Source of the DNA: Squalus acanthias | Lineage: Eukaryota | Length of the DNA stretch: 64,000 nt | Assembly (NCBI GenBank): GCA_030390025.1 | Contig: CM059432.1 | Coordinates: 153,018,001-153,082,000, forward strand | Direction of reading: 5' to 3' | Part shown: positions 23,011-35,367 of the stretch, one piece after another | Numbering within the stretch: the first letter of the stretch is position 1 | Layout: each line of letters begins with the position of its first letter | The notes under the pieces: model-generated | Databases searched by the model: none | What the model was told of the DNA's origin: nothing | What the model saw: only the letters and a program-made list of their open reading frames with translations | Position numbers and translations under genes: made by a program

Positions 23011-26000
23011 GGGAGCGGTACCATAGGGGTTATATTACTGGATGTAGTAATCCAGAGACCTGGACTAATGATCCGGAGACGTGAGTTCAAATCCCACCAC
23101 GGTAGCTGGAGAATTTAAATTCAGTTAATTAAATAAATCTGGAATAAAAAGCTAGTATCAGTAATGGTGACCATGATTGTCGTAAAAACCCATCTGGTTC
23201 ACTAATGTCCCTTAGGGAAGGAAATTTGTCGTCCTTACCCGGCCTGTCCGATATGTGACTCCAGACCCACAGCAACTGCCCTCTGGAATGGCCTAGCAAG
23301 CCACTCAGTCATACACAACAGTTATGAGAAACAATAATAAGAATAAAACCTGGCATCGACCTCAGCACCGGCATCGGACACGACAACGGCACACCCAGCC
23401 CAGTCAATGCTGCAAAGTCCTCCTCACTAACATCTGGGGACCTGTGCCAGAATTGGGAGAGCTGTCCCACAGACTATTCAAGCAACAACCAGACATAGTC
23501 ATACTCACAGAATCATACCTTTCAGCCAATGTCCCAAACTCCTCCATCATCATCCCTGGGTATGTCCTGTTCCACCGGCAGGACAGACCCACCAGGGGTG
23601 GCAGCACAGTGGTATACAGTCAGGATGGAGTGGCCCTGGGAGTCCTCAACATTGACTCCAGACCCCATGAAGTCTCATGGCTTCAGGTCAAGGACGGGCA
23701 AGGAAACCTCCTGCTGATTACCACCTACCGCCCTCCCTCAGCTGATGAATCAGTACTCCTCCATGTTGAACACCACTTGGAAGAAGCACTGAGAGTAGCA
23801 AGGGCACAGAATGTACTCTGGGTGGGGGACTTCAATGTCCATCACCAAGAGTGGCTCAGTAGCACCACTACTGACCGAGCTGGCTGAGTCCTGAAGGACA
23901 ATAGCTGCCAGACTAGGACTGTGGCAGGTGGTGAGAGAACCAACATGAGGGAAAAACCTACTTGACCTCGTCCTCACCAATCTACCTGTCACAGATGCAT
24001 CTGTCCATGACAGCATTGATAGCAGTGACCACCGCACAGTCATTGTGGAAACAAAATCTCATCTTCACACTGAGGACACCTTCCATCGTGTTGTGTGGCA
24101 CTACCACGGTGCTAAATGGGATAGATTCAGAACAGATGTAGCAGCTCAAAACTGGGCATCCATGAGGCGCTGTGGGCCATCAGCAGCAGCCGAATTGTAT
24201 TCCACCACAATCTGTAACCTCATGGCCCTGCATATCCCTCACTCTACCATTACCATCAAGCCAGGGGACCAACCCTGGATCAATGAGGAGTGCAGAAGAG
24301 CATGCCAGGAGCAGCACCAGGCGTACCTAAAAATGAGGTGCCAACCTGGGGAAGCTGCAACACTGGACCACATGCATGCTAAAAAGCGGAAGCAGCATGC
24401 TATAGACAAGGCTAAGCGATCCCACAACCAACGGATCAGATCAAAGCTCTGCAGTCCTGCCACATCCAGTCGTGAATGGTGGTGGACCATTAAACAACTA
24501 ACGGGAGGAGGAGGAGGCTCCATGAATATCCCCATCCTCAATGATGGTGGAGCCCAGTACGTGAGTGCAAACGACAAGGCTGAAACATTTTCAGCCAGAA
24601 GTGCCGAGTGGATGATCCATATCGGCCTCTTCCTGAGGTCTTCAACATCACAGAAGCCAGTCTTCAGACAATTCGATTCACTCCACGTGATATCAAGAAA
24701 CGGCTGAGCGCACTGGATGCAGCAAAGGCTATGGGCTCCGACAACATCCCGGCTATCGTGCTGAAGACTTGTGCTCCAGAACTACCGTGCCTCTAGCCAA
24801 GCTGTTCCAATACAGCTACAACACTGGCATCTACCCGACAAACTGCCCAGGTGTGTCCTGTCCGCAAAAAGCAGGACAAATCCAACCCGGCCTTACCGCC
24901 CCATCAGTCTACTCTCAATCATCAGCAAAGTGATGGACGGTGCCGTCGACAGTGCTATCAAGCGGCACTTACTCACCAATAACCTGCTCACTGATGCTCA
25001 GTTTGGGTTCCGCAAGGACCACTCGGCTCAAGACCTCATTACAGCCTTGGTCCAAACATGGACAAAGGAGCTGAATTCCAGAGGTGAGGTGAGAGTGACT
25101 GCCCTTGACATCAAGGCAGCATTTGACCGAGTCTGGCATCAAGGAGCCCTAGTAAAACTGAAGTCAATGGGAATCAGGGGGAAAACTCTCCACTGGCTGG
25201 AGTCATACCTAGCACAAAGGAAGATGATTGTGGTTGTTGGAGGCCAATCATCACAGCTCCAGGACATTGCTGCAGGAGTTCCTCAGGGCAGTGTCCTAGG
25301 CCCAAACCATCTTCAGCTGCTTCATAATGACCTTCCCTCCATCATAATGTCAGAAATGGGGATGTTTGCTGATGACTGCACAGTGTTCAGCGCCATTCAC
25401 AACTCCTCAGATAATGAAGCAGTCCATGCCCGCATGCAGCAAGACCTGGATGACATTCAGGCTTGGGCTGATAAATGGCAAGTAATATTTGCGCCACACA
25501 AGTGCCAGGCAATGACTATCTCCAACAAACGAGAGTCTAATCACTGCCCCTTGACATTCAATGGCATTACCATCGCCGAATCCCCCACCATCAACACCAT
25601 TGACCAGAAACTTAACTGGATCAGCCACATAAATACTGTGGCAACAAGAGCAGGTCAGAATCTAGGTATTCTGCGGCGAGTGCCTCACCTCTTGACTCCC
25701 CAAAGCCTTTCCACCATCTACAAGGCACAAGTCAGGAGTGTGATGGAATAGTCTCCACTTGCCTGGATGAGTGCAGCTCCAACAACACTCAAGAAGCTTG
25801 ACACTATCCAGGGCAAAGCAGCCCGCTTGATTGGTACCTCATCCACCACCTTAAACATTCACTCCCTGCACCACCGGTGTACCGCGGTTGCAGTGTGTAC
25901 CATCTACAAGATGCACTGTAGCAACTCGCCAAGGCTTCTTCGGCAGCACCTCCCAAACCCGCGACCTCTTCCACCTAGAAGGACAAGGGCAGCAGGCACA

Positions 26001-26258
26001 TGGGAACACCACCACTTCCAAGTTCCCCCCAAGTCACACACCATCCTGACTTGGAAATATATCACCGTTCCTTCATCATCGCTGGGTCAAAATCCTGGAA
26101 CTCCCTCCCTAACAGCACTGTGGGAGTACCTTCACCACACGGACTGCAGTGGTTCAAGATGGTGGCTCACCACCACCTTCTCGAGGGCAATTAGGGATGG
26201 GCAATAAATGCTGGCCTTGCCAGCGACGCTCACATCCCAGGAATGAATTTTAAAAAAA
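23011..26258 (+). mobile_element. Apparently full-length single-ORF CR1-group LINE with a tRNA-derived head
   Basis: A-box-like ggtaccatagggg (about 23017) and B box gttcaaatc (23085-23093). The APE ORF starts about 300 bp later. The 3' tail matches other copies. Confidence 0.88.
23324..26200 (+). pseudogene. APE endonuclease + reverse transcriptase (frameshifted ORF)
   Basis: APE: KVLLTNIWG, PDIVILTES, DRPTRGG, YRPPS, WVGDFNVHH, LDLVLTN, SDHRTV. RT: YRPISLLS, QFGFR, LDIKAAFDRVWH, GVPQGSVLGP, FADD. Confidence 0.92.
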
Positions 26259-26353
26259 GTTGCCCTGAAGACGAATAACAAGTACCAAGCTTTGGACCTA
26301 CTCCCTGATCTAGCTGCAGCCAAACCAATTCCATTGATCCGCAGAAGTTAATA

Positions 26354-26660
26354 CGGTGGCTTAGTGGTTAGCACTGTTGACTCACAGCGCCAGGGACCCG
26401 GGTTCGAATCCGGCCCCGGGTGACTGTCTGTGTGGAGTTTGCACATTCTCCCTGTGTCTGCGTGGGTTTCCTCCGGGTCCTCCGGTTTCCTCCCACAGTC
26501 CAAAGATGTGCGGGTTAGGTTGATTTGGCTATAATAAATTGGCCCTTAGTGTTAGGGGGATTAAATACCTGGGGTTACAGGGATAGGGTGGGATATGTGT
26601 CGGTGCAGGCTCGATGGGCTGAAATGGCCTCTATCTGCACTGTGGGGATTCTGTGATTCT
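26354..26660 (+). mobile_element. tRNA-derived V-SINE (HE1-like) with CR1-type tail
   Basis: A box tggcttagtgg, B box gttcgaatc, V-domain-like ctgtgtggagtttgcacattctcc...gcgtgggtttcctccggg...cctcccacagtccaaag, and a (gattct) tail. A 3' fragment also lies at about 30260-30510. Confidence 0.85.
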
Positions 26661-27744
26661 GAGAAGTTAACAGCACAGGAGAAATTGGGCCCATCATGTA
26701 TGTGCTGACTCTTTGTTAGAGCAATCGAAAAGTAATCCCAATACCCTGCTCTTTCCATATTCCTGTAACTTCTGCTTCAACTATTTATCCAGCTTTTCCT
26801 TAAAAAGTGCAAGAGCCTTTGCCTCAACCATTCCATGGCAAAGCATTCCATTCTTCAGCAACCCTCTGTGTAAAGAAATCTCCCCTAACTTCTTTCCTCA
26901 CACTCAGTGACAATGTTAAATTAACTAGTTGATCTCCTGTGGCATTGACTTCAATGGTAATGAAAATCAATGATCGGTTGAATTGATATCGCCTGTTTTA
27001 CACTATCACCCACAGTAAAAATTATCCCTAATAAATTGAAGAATGTGGGCATTCTCCTACCTGTCTTTGTGTTGCTGTTTCTGTCTATCTCTTTTTTTTG
27101 CTGCTTCCCTCCCCATAACTTGTCTTTTTGCTTCTCCATCTGTCTTTACCTTTTCATCTTTCTTTCCGGGCTGGAGGTGGTGGGTGATATGACCTGGAGT
27201 GTTGGGAAAAGAGCCACCAATGGCTGCAGGTTGAATTTTAGGTGCAGGTTGCGAGGATAATACGACCCTCAGTGGGTCCCTTCCAATCCCCTCCACCACT
27301 GATTTGTTCTTCCCCCATCCCCTCACTGCCAATGCATTCTCTACCTCTTCATCTCTCTACTATCCATACCCCTTCCGATCACCATCTCATTCCTATTACT
27401 ATTTCTACCTCTTCCCCTTCAAACTACTAACTCAGTCCCTGTATCCCACCCTCTCTTGCTACACTGTCATTCATCTCACACTTAACCCTTCATTTCCCCT
27501 GACTACCATTCGGTTCCCAAGGATAGGTTTCAGGAGGCTACTTAGCCCCTCGCCGTCAACCAGTTTTCTTCTCCCCTCCCCTATCTGTTTCTCTGAAAGA
27601 GGCTTTGTTTGCTTTCAAAATTCAACCTGTTTAAAAAATAAATCTAAATAGAATGAGGATGAAGCGACCACATCCTTCATCCTCATTTTATTTTGATTTC
27701 TTCTTTAGGTACACTGTACACACTCAGACTGCACAATCCAAATT

Positions 27745-28945
27745 CACCTCACAAAGTCATAACTCTGAGCAGAAATATCAAGTCCAAGCTCAGGCCTTTG
27801 AGAGAGACTGAGGCCTTCAAGTAAAAACTTGCTGTGTGTCGCTGTGATGCCTCCTTCGTATTTGAAATTGGGCATTGAGTCGTTAGATGTTCCATGGTCT
27901 GTTCTGGGTGACCACAGTCGCACACGAGAGACTTTCCAATTCTCCATTTGTGCATCAAGTATCAGCATCAACCATGCTTTGTGCGGATGCGGTTTAGGGT
28001 TGCCCATAAGCTTCGTGGAAGATCGAAGCCAGGGATCTTCCACATCGGGTCTTTCACAAGGTGTTTCTTTGTGACTTCTTGTGAACTCCATTCGGCTTTC
28101 CCAGCATCCTCAGGGTTGAAGTCGCACTGTCGAAAGTTAAGCGCCTGGGTCCAAAAGGTCTTGCGCGACTTTAAGCAGTGGTGAGGGATGTTGTTGAGAT
28201 CCTGGAGGATGGGGAGATGCTTGTTTTCCACGATTCGCTGGACTTTCTGGAATGTTGCGGCATCGCAGTGAATGGTTGGGAGAGTGATGTGCGACAGCAC
28301 GGGCAGTGAATGGTTGGGAGAGTGATGTGAGACAGCACGGGCAGTGAATGGTTGGGAGAGTGATGTGAGGCAGCACGGGCAGTGAATGGTTGGGAGAGTG
28401 ATGTGAGGCAGCACGGGCAGTGAATGGTTGGGAGAATGATGTGAGACAGCACGGGCAGTGAATGGTTGGGAGAGTGATGTGAGGCAGCACGGGCAGTGAA
28501 TGGTTGGGAGAGTGATGTGAGGCAGCACGGGCAGTGAATGGTTGGGAGAATGATGTGAGACAGCACGGGCAGTGAATGGTTGGGAGAGTGATGTGAGACA
28601 GCACGGGCAGCCAGGGTGTTGGGGTCGACTAGAGGGTTACAGTGATGCACCGCATTGCAGTGTTCAGTTAGACATCAACAAGTCAAGTGTGGCTACTTCT
28701 GGTCCATACTGGTGCACAGTGCTCAACTACGGAGTACACAAGGGCCATCACTGATGTCCGTAGCACTGATGCTGATGCTCCCCAGCTTGTGCTTGCCAAT
28801 TTCTGGACCAGCTTGACCCTTGTCTTCGTCTTGGTGGCTACCTTCTTCAGGTGGTCATGGAAGGTTAGCATGTGGTCCAGCTTCACCCTAAGATAGGTCG
28901 GAGTGGAGTCATGTTGCACAGTGTTGCCGCAAAAGGTCACTTTCA
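27745..28945 (-). mobile_element. Vingi/Ingi-group LINE 3' fragment
   Basis: YLRVKLDHMLTF..H, KLASTSWGASASVLRTS.MALVYS..EHCAPVW, PGFDLPRSLWATLNRIRT.HG and CDCGHPEQTMEHL..QCP (C-terminal Zn finger). Confidence 0.82.
28265..28610. repeat. 38-bp minisatellite, 9 copies, derived from the Vingi ORF
   Basis: Unit gcagtgaatggttgggagagtgatgtgag(a/g)cagcacgg. On the minus strand it encodes the Vingi segment PVLSHITLPTIHC. Confidence 0.95.
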
Positions 28946-29369
28946 GGAGCATAATCAGACAAAAATAGACACAGAGCAAAAGAAGGAGACATTAGGACAG
29001 GTGACCGAAAGCTTGGTCAAACAGGTAGTTTTTAAGGAGCCTCTTAAAGGAGGATAGAAAGGTGGAGAGGTTTATGGACAGAATTCCAGAGCTTAGGGTC
29101 TATATTGCTGAAGGCACGGCCGCCAATGCTAGGGCAAAGGAAGTGCACAAGAGGCCAGAGGACACAAGCGAGTGTACTCAAAATGTTCCATCCAGTTCAG
29201 ATCACAGGAGAGTGTACCACACGCAATGCAGATTGCAGGTAAGTGAACTTGCGAGATAATATCTACAGACAAGAGGAACCCCTGAAAAAAAGATCAGTAT
29301 TTTAAAAAATGATTTATTGGATCAGCCCAATATGGCTCATATATTCAATCGCTCTTTTCAGTCAGTTAG

Positions 29370-32280
29370 TTCCAATGGACTGGAGGCTCATGTGGCCCCA
29401 ATATTTAAGAAGGGGAAGAAATTGGTCCCTGGGAATTACAGGCCTGTCAGTTTGACATGAGTTGTGGGGAGGATGGTGAAAGCCACTGTAAGGTGTCAGT
29501 TCACCTGGAGATTTCAGCAGTTATTAGGGAATCCAAATCATGGAAGCTTTCACAAGTTTGCAGTTGAGACAAAAATGTGCACAAGGGTTAGACATTTCGA
29601 GCAAGTCAATAGGTCCAGGTTAAATAAATTAGGGACTGGGCTGAGTGTGGTTGATGTTCTTCAGTGTGAATAAGTATGGGAAACTCCAGGCGCACATTAA
29701 ATATTGGGATCATGTAAGTCTCCCTCCAGGCTATTTATTCCTTGGGATAGAGGAACAAAGATAAAGATAAAGATATCTGGGAATACGGATACATAAATCA
29801 CTAAAAGTAGCAACACAAGTTGATAAGGCCATTCTAAAGGAATAGAATAGAAAAGCAGTGAGATAATGTTAAATTTATATAGAACCTTGGTCAGACCACA
29901 CTTGGGTGTATTGTGTGCAGTTCTGGTCTCCCTACTACAAAAAGGATATTGAAGTACTGAGGAAAGTGTAGAAAAAATTTACAAGGATGTTACCAGAATT
30001 GAGAGGATGCAACGATCAGGAAAGATTGAGCAGACTGGGGCTCTTTTCCCTGGAAAACAGAGGACAAAGCAGAGACCTGATAGAGGTCTTTAAAATTATG
30101 ATGGGGTTCAATAAGGTGCATGTGGAGAAACTGTTTCCACTTATGGGTGAGTTCAGAACAAGTTGACATAAGTATAAGAGAGCCACTAAAAGATGAAATA
30201 AAAAATTAAGGAGCAATTTCTTTACCCAGAGAGTGGTGAGAATGTGGAACGTCCAAAAATGTCCAAAAATGTGTGGGTTAGGTTGATTTGGCTATGATAA
30301 ATTGACCCTTAGTGTTAGGGGGGGATTAAATATGTGGGGTTATGGGGATAGGATGGGATATGTTAGGGGGAATTAAATACGTGGGGTTACGGGGGTAGGG
30401 TAGGATATGTGTACTGTGGGGATTAAAGCAGGGACAGGGTACTGGATTTGGATGATCAGCCATGATCGTATTGAATGGCGGAGCAGGCTCGACGGGCCGA
30501 ATGGCCTACTCTACTCGCTGCCACATGAAGTGGGTAAAGCAGGTAGCATTGGTGCATTTAAGGGGAGGCTTGATGCAAACACGAAAGAGAAGGGAATAGA
30601 GGGATATGGGGGCAGGGTGAGAAGAGATAATTAGAGTGGGAGGAGGCTCATGTAGAGCATAAACACTGACATAGATCAGTTGGGTCAAATGGCCTTTTTC
30701 TGTGTTGTAGTTTCTATGTAATGTAGTCATGCAGGGATAGCCACTGAAGACTGCAGATCAAGAGATGGACCTCGGAGGCGGTGCGCGGTGGGTCACAGTC
30801 AACTAGGCTATTAAGAAGGCAAATACAGTTTCCGGTTGGATGACGAGGACAGTACAATATAAAACTAAGAACACTTAGGCTGTACAGAGCTTTGGTATAG
30901 CCACACTTGGAGTACTTTGACCAATTGTGATCCCCAAACTTGGAGGGGATATCGAGATTTTTTAAAATTCGTTTATGGGATGTGGGCGTCGCTGGCTAGG
31001 CCAGCATTTATTGCCCATCCCTAATTGCCCTCGAGAAGGTGATCCTGGTGAATATATAAAAAGAGCAGCCAGAATCATACCCAGTATTAGGGCTCCTAGT
31101 TTTCAGGTTAGGTTTCAGGAATTGTTGCTATTTTCATTAAAGAAACATAGGTTTTGCGGAGATATAATTAAAGTTTTTTAAATAATGAAAGGGTTAGATT
31201 CTGTCTAGTTCTATAGATTATTTAAGATGCATAAGGGCAGGAGAACTAGGCAGCATGAATATAAAATTCTTAGACAAAGAGCTAGGTTATATTTTAGGCA
31301 GTATTTCTTTTCATAGAGAGTTGTCACCCTCTGGAACAGATTACTGAAGCATGCAGTGAGTAGGGGTTTCCTGCCGTCCTTCAAAAGGGAGCAGGACAGG
31401 TCCTGAAAGGAGATCATTTCCCATTATAGAGCCTAAATTGGAGGTTAGCTGGGATCAGACTGATTTATAGGTTACAGTGGTTTCCTGGAGCATTGCTTCA
31501 TTGCCTTAGGGAGCCAGAGAGGAATTTCCCAGGGTTAAATTAGCCTCAGGTTTCTTTCCTGCTTTTTCTGCCCTTTCCAGAAGATTTTATGATAGGGGGA
31601 GGAGTTCAACAAAGTACATGGATGCACCATGTCTGGATGGGGAGGGCTTGATGGACCGAATGGTCTTTTCCTGTCCTTCTTTTCATACATTTGTATCAAT
31701 GCAAATTATTGTTCAGGCCATGGTTAGAACATTGGGGTATAAAGTGGTCTTGGGCGGTAGCGCAAAACAGGCATTAGCGAATTGGCAGCCATTTTACAAT
31801 CCATACGAAATTCTTTTCCATTAAATTCAAAGGAGTGTAAAACGGGCTGCCGATTCGCTAGCGCCCATTTTAAGCTATTGCCTAAGACCAATTTATACCT
31901 AAGTGTGTCTAGTTTCAGGTGCCCTGCTTTAGGAAGGATGTCAAGGGCATGGGGAGGGTGCAGAAGAGATCGAATAAGGTAATACCAGGGATTAGATGTT
32001 TAGTTACCAGGGAAGACTAGAGAAATTGGGGCTCTTTTCACAAAAACAAGGGTTTAAACATAAATAAGAGAGTTCGAAATTATGAGCGGTTTTGATAAGG
32101 CAATAGGGAACATCTATTTACATGGTCAGTCATTTGGTAAATAGAGGACATAAATTTAAGACCATCAGCAAAGGAAGAGGTTAAGAGATGTTTTTTTAAT
32201 GCAGAGCGTTGTTAGGACATGGAATGGCCTACCAGAAACAATGGTGGGAGCAGAATTCATAACCGCATCTAAAAGGGAAG
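29370..32280 (+). mobile_element. Cluster of old CR1 fragments with nested SINE pieces and a MITE
   Basis: Repeated degenerate CR1 segments (ccacacttgg...agttctggtc, ttacccagagagtggtgagaatgtggaac). An inverted Zenon-like/SINE tail lies at about 30958-31042. Confidence 0.7.
31734..31901. mobile_element. ~170-bp MITE with ~27-bp imperfect TIRs
   Basis: ggggtataaagtggtcttgggcggtagc pairs with gctattgcctaagaccaatttatacct. It shares gccgattcgcta..gcccattt with 55569-55741. Confidence 0.75.
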
Positions 32281-32379
32281 TGGTGTCATTAGCCATAACG
32301 GATTGCATATCCTTGGTTCTCCAGCAGGTATCCCCACAGTCTCTGTGGCTCTTAAAATAACATTAGCACCAACGGCTGC

Positions 32380-32520
32380 TATAGGATCATGGGAGCTGTC
32401 AGGGTAACAGGAATTCATATGTAAGATGCGGTTCCTGTGGTCACATTCAATGAGCGCTCGCCTTTTCTGCCCAAGAATGGAATAACATTGGGGATAGGGC
32501 CACATGAGCACAGCGCTGCA
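32380..32520 (-). pseudogene. Old HARBI1-like transposase fragment
   Basis: LIECDHRNRILHMNSCYPDSSHD resembles QLVCDH..R...[11 protein letters not shown]. Confidence 0.65.
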
Positions 32521-32624
32521 TTCTGGGGCATCCTGTTATGTGGTTAAGTGGAGGGCTCTTTTCTATTTCTGTCTGCTTTATAAAAGGAAACTGGCTCTGT
32601 CAAACAATGAGTCATAGAGTCATA

Positions 32625-33337
32625 GGGGGAAAAATTGGGGGCGCTACCTTCGCCAGGGTGCTAATTTTAGCGCCCCAAAAAAGTTAGCGCCCCCGCGACC
32701 GATTTTCCCAGGTAGTGCCCCGAGAGGGAGGAGGGACGCTACTGGATGCGCCCCGCATCCCTCTTAGGGCACTGCGAGCCAATATTGCGGCGCTATGTGC
32801 CGCAGCGCGTCGCGCAGCGGTACTGCAGGCCTTCCTCCCCTTATTAAAGGGGAGGGGCCTGGCGCAGTGCGTCCCGGCGCCCAGCTGGGCCACCAGGGAT
32901 CGGGAGTGCCGGCAAACGAGCCCGGCACTCAAGAGGAGTGCCGGGCTCACGGTGAGCAGCCAGCACCCCGCGGGGGGACTGCAACGGGGGCAGGTGCTGG
33001 CAGGTGGCCAGCAACAAAAATGGCCGCCTGCCACCTCCCCTTTAACTAGCACCGCCCCGGCCGCAGGTAGGCCCCCCTGACCCCGGCGGACATAGTGTCC
33101 GGCGGTAAGTCGGGGGGTGCCACCCAATATTACAGCCGGAGCATGAGCGGGGTGCGAGCGGGGCACTGCGCACGGTGATGACGTCATCACCGGCGGCGCA
33201 GAACCGCTAACGGTTAGCGCCACCGCTAATCTCCCGCTGAATTTCGTAGGAGGTGTTGGCGGCGCCACACCCAGGCACTAGTTGATTTGCGCCCCGTTAG
33301 CGCCCTAAGAGGCGCAAATCAACCAAATTTAGCCCCC
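32625..33337. mobile_element. GC/CpG-rich Harbinger-type MITE inserted in a CR1 tail microsatellite
   Basis: Ends gggggaaaaatt / aaatttagccccc, TSD ata/ata, within (gagtcata)n. Confidence 0.75.
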
Positions 33338-34208
33338 ATAGAGTCATAACGGCACAGAAGGAGGCCATTCGGCCCATCGAGTCCGTGCCGGCTCTCTGTA
33401 GAGCAATCCAGTCAGTCCCAGTCCCCCGCTCTATCCCTGTAGCCCTGCAAGTTTATTTCCCTCAAGTGCCTATCCAGTCTCCCCTTGAAAACATTGAGTG
33501 TCTTCGTTTCCACCACTTCCGTCAGCAATGAGTTCCAGGTCCTCACCACTCACTGCATAAAAAAGTTTTTCCTCACATCCCCCCTGTATCTCTTGCCCAA
33601 AACCTTAAATCTGTGTCCCCTAGTCCTTGTACCATCAACTAGTGGGAACAGCCTTTCCCTGTCTAGCCTCCCAGTTCCCTCTGTCCCTGCACACTATTTA
33701 AAACTGTGCCATTAAGTGTATATTGCCTCTCCCTGTTCCTTCTGCCAAAATGCATCACCTCACACTTCTCTGTATTAAATTCTATCTGCCACTTGTCTGC
33801 CCATTCTGCTAGCCTTTCTATGTCCTGTTGCAGTCGATTGGTATCATCATCACTGTTTGCCACACCCCCAAGTTTGGTGTCATTGTCAAATTTAGAAATT
33901 CTACTTTGTATTCCAATATCCAGGTCATTTATATATATCAAAAAAACCAGTGGCCCCAGCACTGACCCTTGGGGAACACCACTGTCTACCATCCTCCAGT
34001 CTGAAAAACAGCCATTTACCACAACTCGCTGTTTTCTGTCCTTAAGCCAATTCCTTATCCAAGCTGCCACTGAACCACCTATACCATGAGCCTCAATTTT
34101 GTTAACCAGCCTTCTATGTGGTACTTTGTCTAACGCCTTCCTAAAATCCATGTAGACAACATCCATTGAATTCTCTTCATCAATCCTCCCTGTTACTTCA
34201 TCAAAAAA
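33338..34208 (-). mobile_element. CR1 LINE with internal deletion
   Basis: DVVYMDFRKALDKVPH...GVPQGSVLGP...KFDNDTKLGG jumps directly to the 3' end at about 33660. Confidence 0.9.
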
Positions 34209-34640
34209 TGACATGCACAATGTAAGTGTGCACTGACAAATGGGAGATGTGACCGAGACTCCTGTGGTTGCTTGGAGCCTACCGCATAAAAGTTTAAAGC
34301 AACGGTAATCTTCAGAGTTCCTGACAAAGCTGTCCCTGTCCCCAGTCTGGCTGTAAGAGTGTGGACCATTCTGTTATGGCCTCTTTTGGGAATGTTAGTC
34401 TCCATTGCAGGTGTCTTCAGACATGTCCAGATACCAGAGTCTGGTCCTGTACACACAGTGGCATCAAGACAGATCTTAATGGAGCATCTTCAGTGCCCAT
34501 AGCACATTAGGTGCTGGCTTCCAAATCATGTGGTTCTGAGGCCTACTCCTGTCCAGCATGCCTCCTCTAATCCTCTTCCTCCTCCTCCTCCAGAATCAAC
34601 AAATACAGAAGAGATACCCATAGCTCCTTGCACTGAAGAT
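34209..34640 (-). pseudogene. Old HARBI1-like transposase N-terminal remnant
   Basis: GTALSGTLKITVALNFYAVGS resembles the ALPVALKVTVA.NFFASGSFQ segment of the 61935 copy. Confidence 0.65.
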
Positions 34641-35367
34641 CCCATTATTGGCCCCATTGTGTAATTTCACATTCATATTTACTAGGCTTGACTGATTTAT
34701 GCATCAAGTTGCCATCCAGACACACGGAATGCAATTTTCCTCAGGCTACATTCCAAGTAAATTATATTTTGCGTGTTACAGTGCTGTAAATGTTAGCAAT
34801 GGAATGAGGAACAGCTGGATATTTTAGCTGGCCACCATGGATGCTGGCACTGGGTCAGAGTGAGTGATCTGAGGTCAAGAAAATGGGGTGGAAGTCCAGC
34901 TGACTGGACCTCCTCCTATTGTGCATTGCCCGTGATCTTCCAGCTGGCCTCAAGACCTGGTAGAGTTTTGTTTTAACCAATTAAAATAGCAGAGTGCGAT
35001 TTATTATGTTAAAGGCGCTACATAAATGCAAGTTGTTGTGATTTAGTGCTTTCGGCGCAGAGCTTTACGTAACAGGAGCGCCTGTTGGGTTGCAGGCAAA
35101 GGTCGGCGAGCTCAGACCGCAGCCGGTACAATGGAGGCACTGAACCAATGCCCTCACATTCCCAAACTGCACTCCTGTCGCTCAAAGCACTGATACCGGG
35201 ACCATTAACCCATGAAATTTACCCCAACTGTGGATATCAGCTTGCAAGTTAACTCCTGGTTTTCTCGTTTTAATGCACTCCATGCTCAGTTCTACCATAT
35301 AAGGTAGGCAATGAGGGGCTGACATGTTCTGGAGTGACAGGAAGTTGGCATTTAAAGGGAGAGACAT

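Noticed and set aside
26354..26420. tRNA gene (also at 23011, 47463, 47954 and 52900)
   Set aside because: A/B boxes run into SINE bodies and LINE-type tails with no clean acceptor stem, so these are SINE heads.
27240..27710. Pyrimidine-rich tract with a hammerhead-like ctgaaaga...caaa, possibly an old Penelope end
   Set aside because: The core boxes and stem II are not intact and there is no adjacent PLE ORF.
27968..28650. Cys/His-rich repetitive ORFs resembling zinc-finger or metal-binding proteins
   Set aside because: They are artefacts of the 38-bp minisatellite read in three frames.
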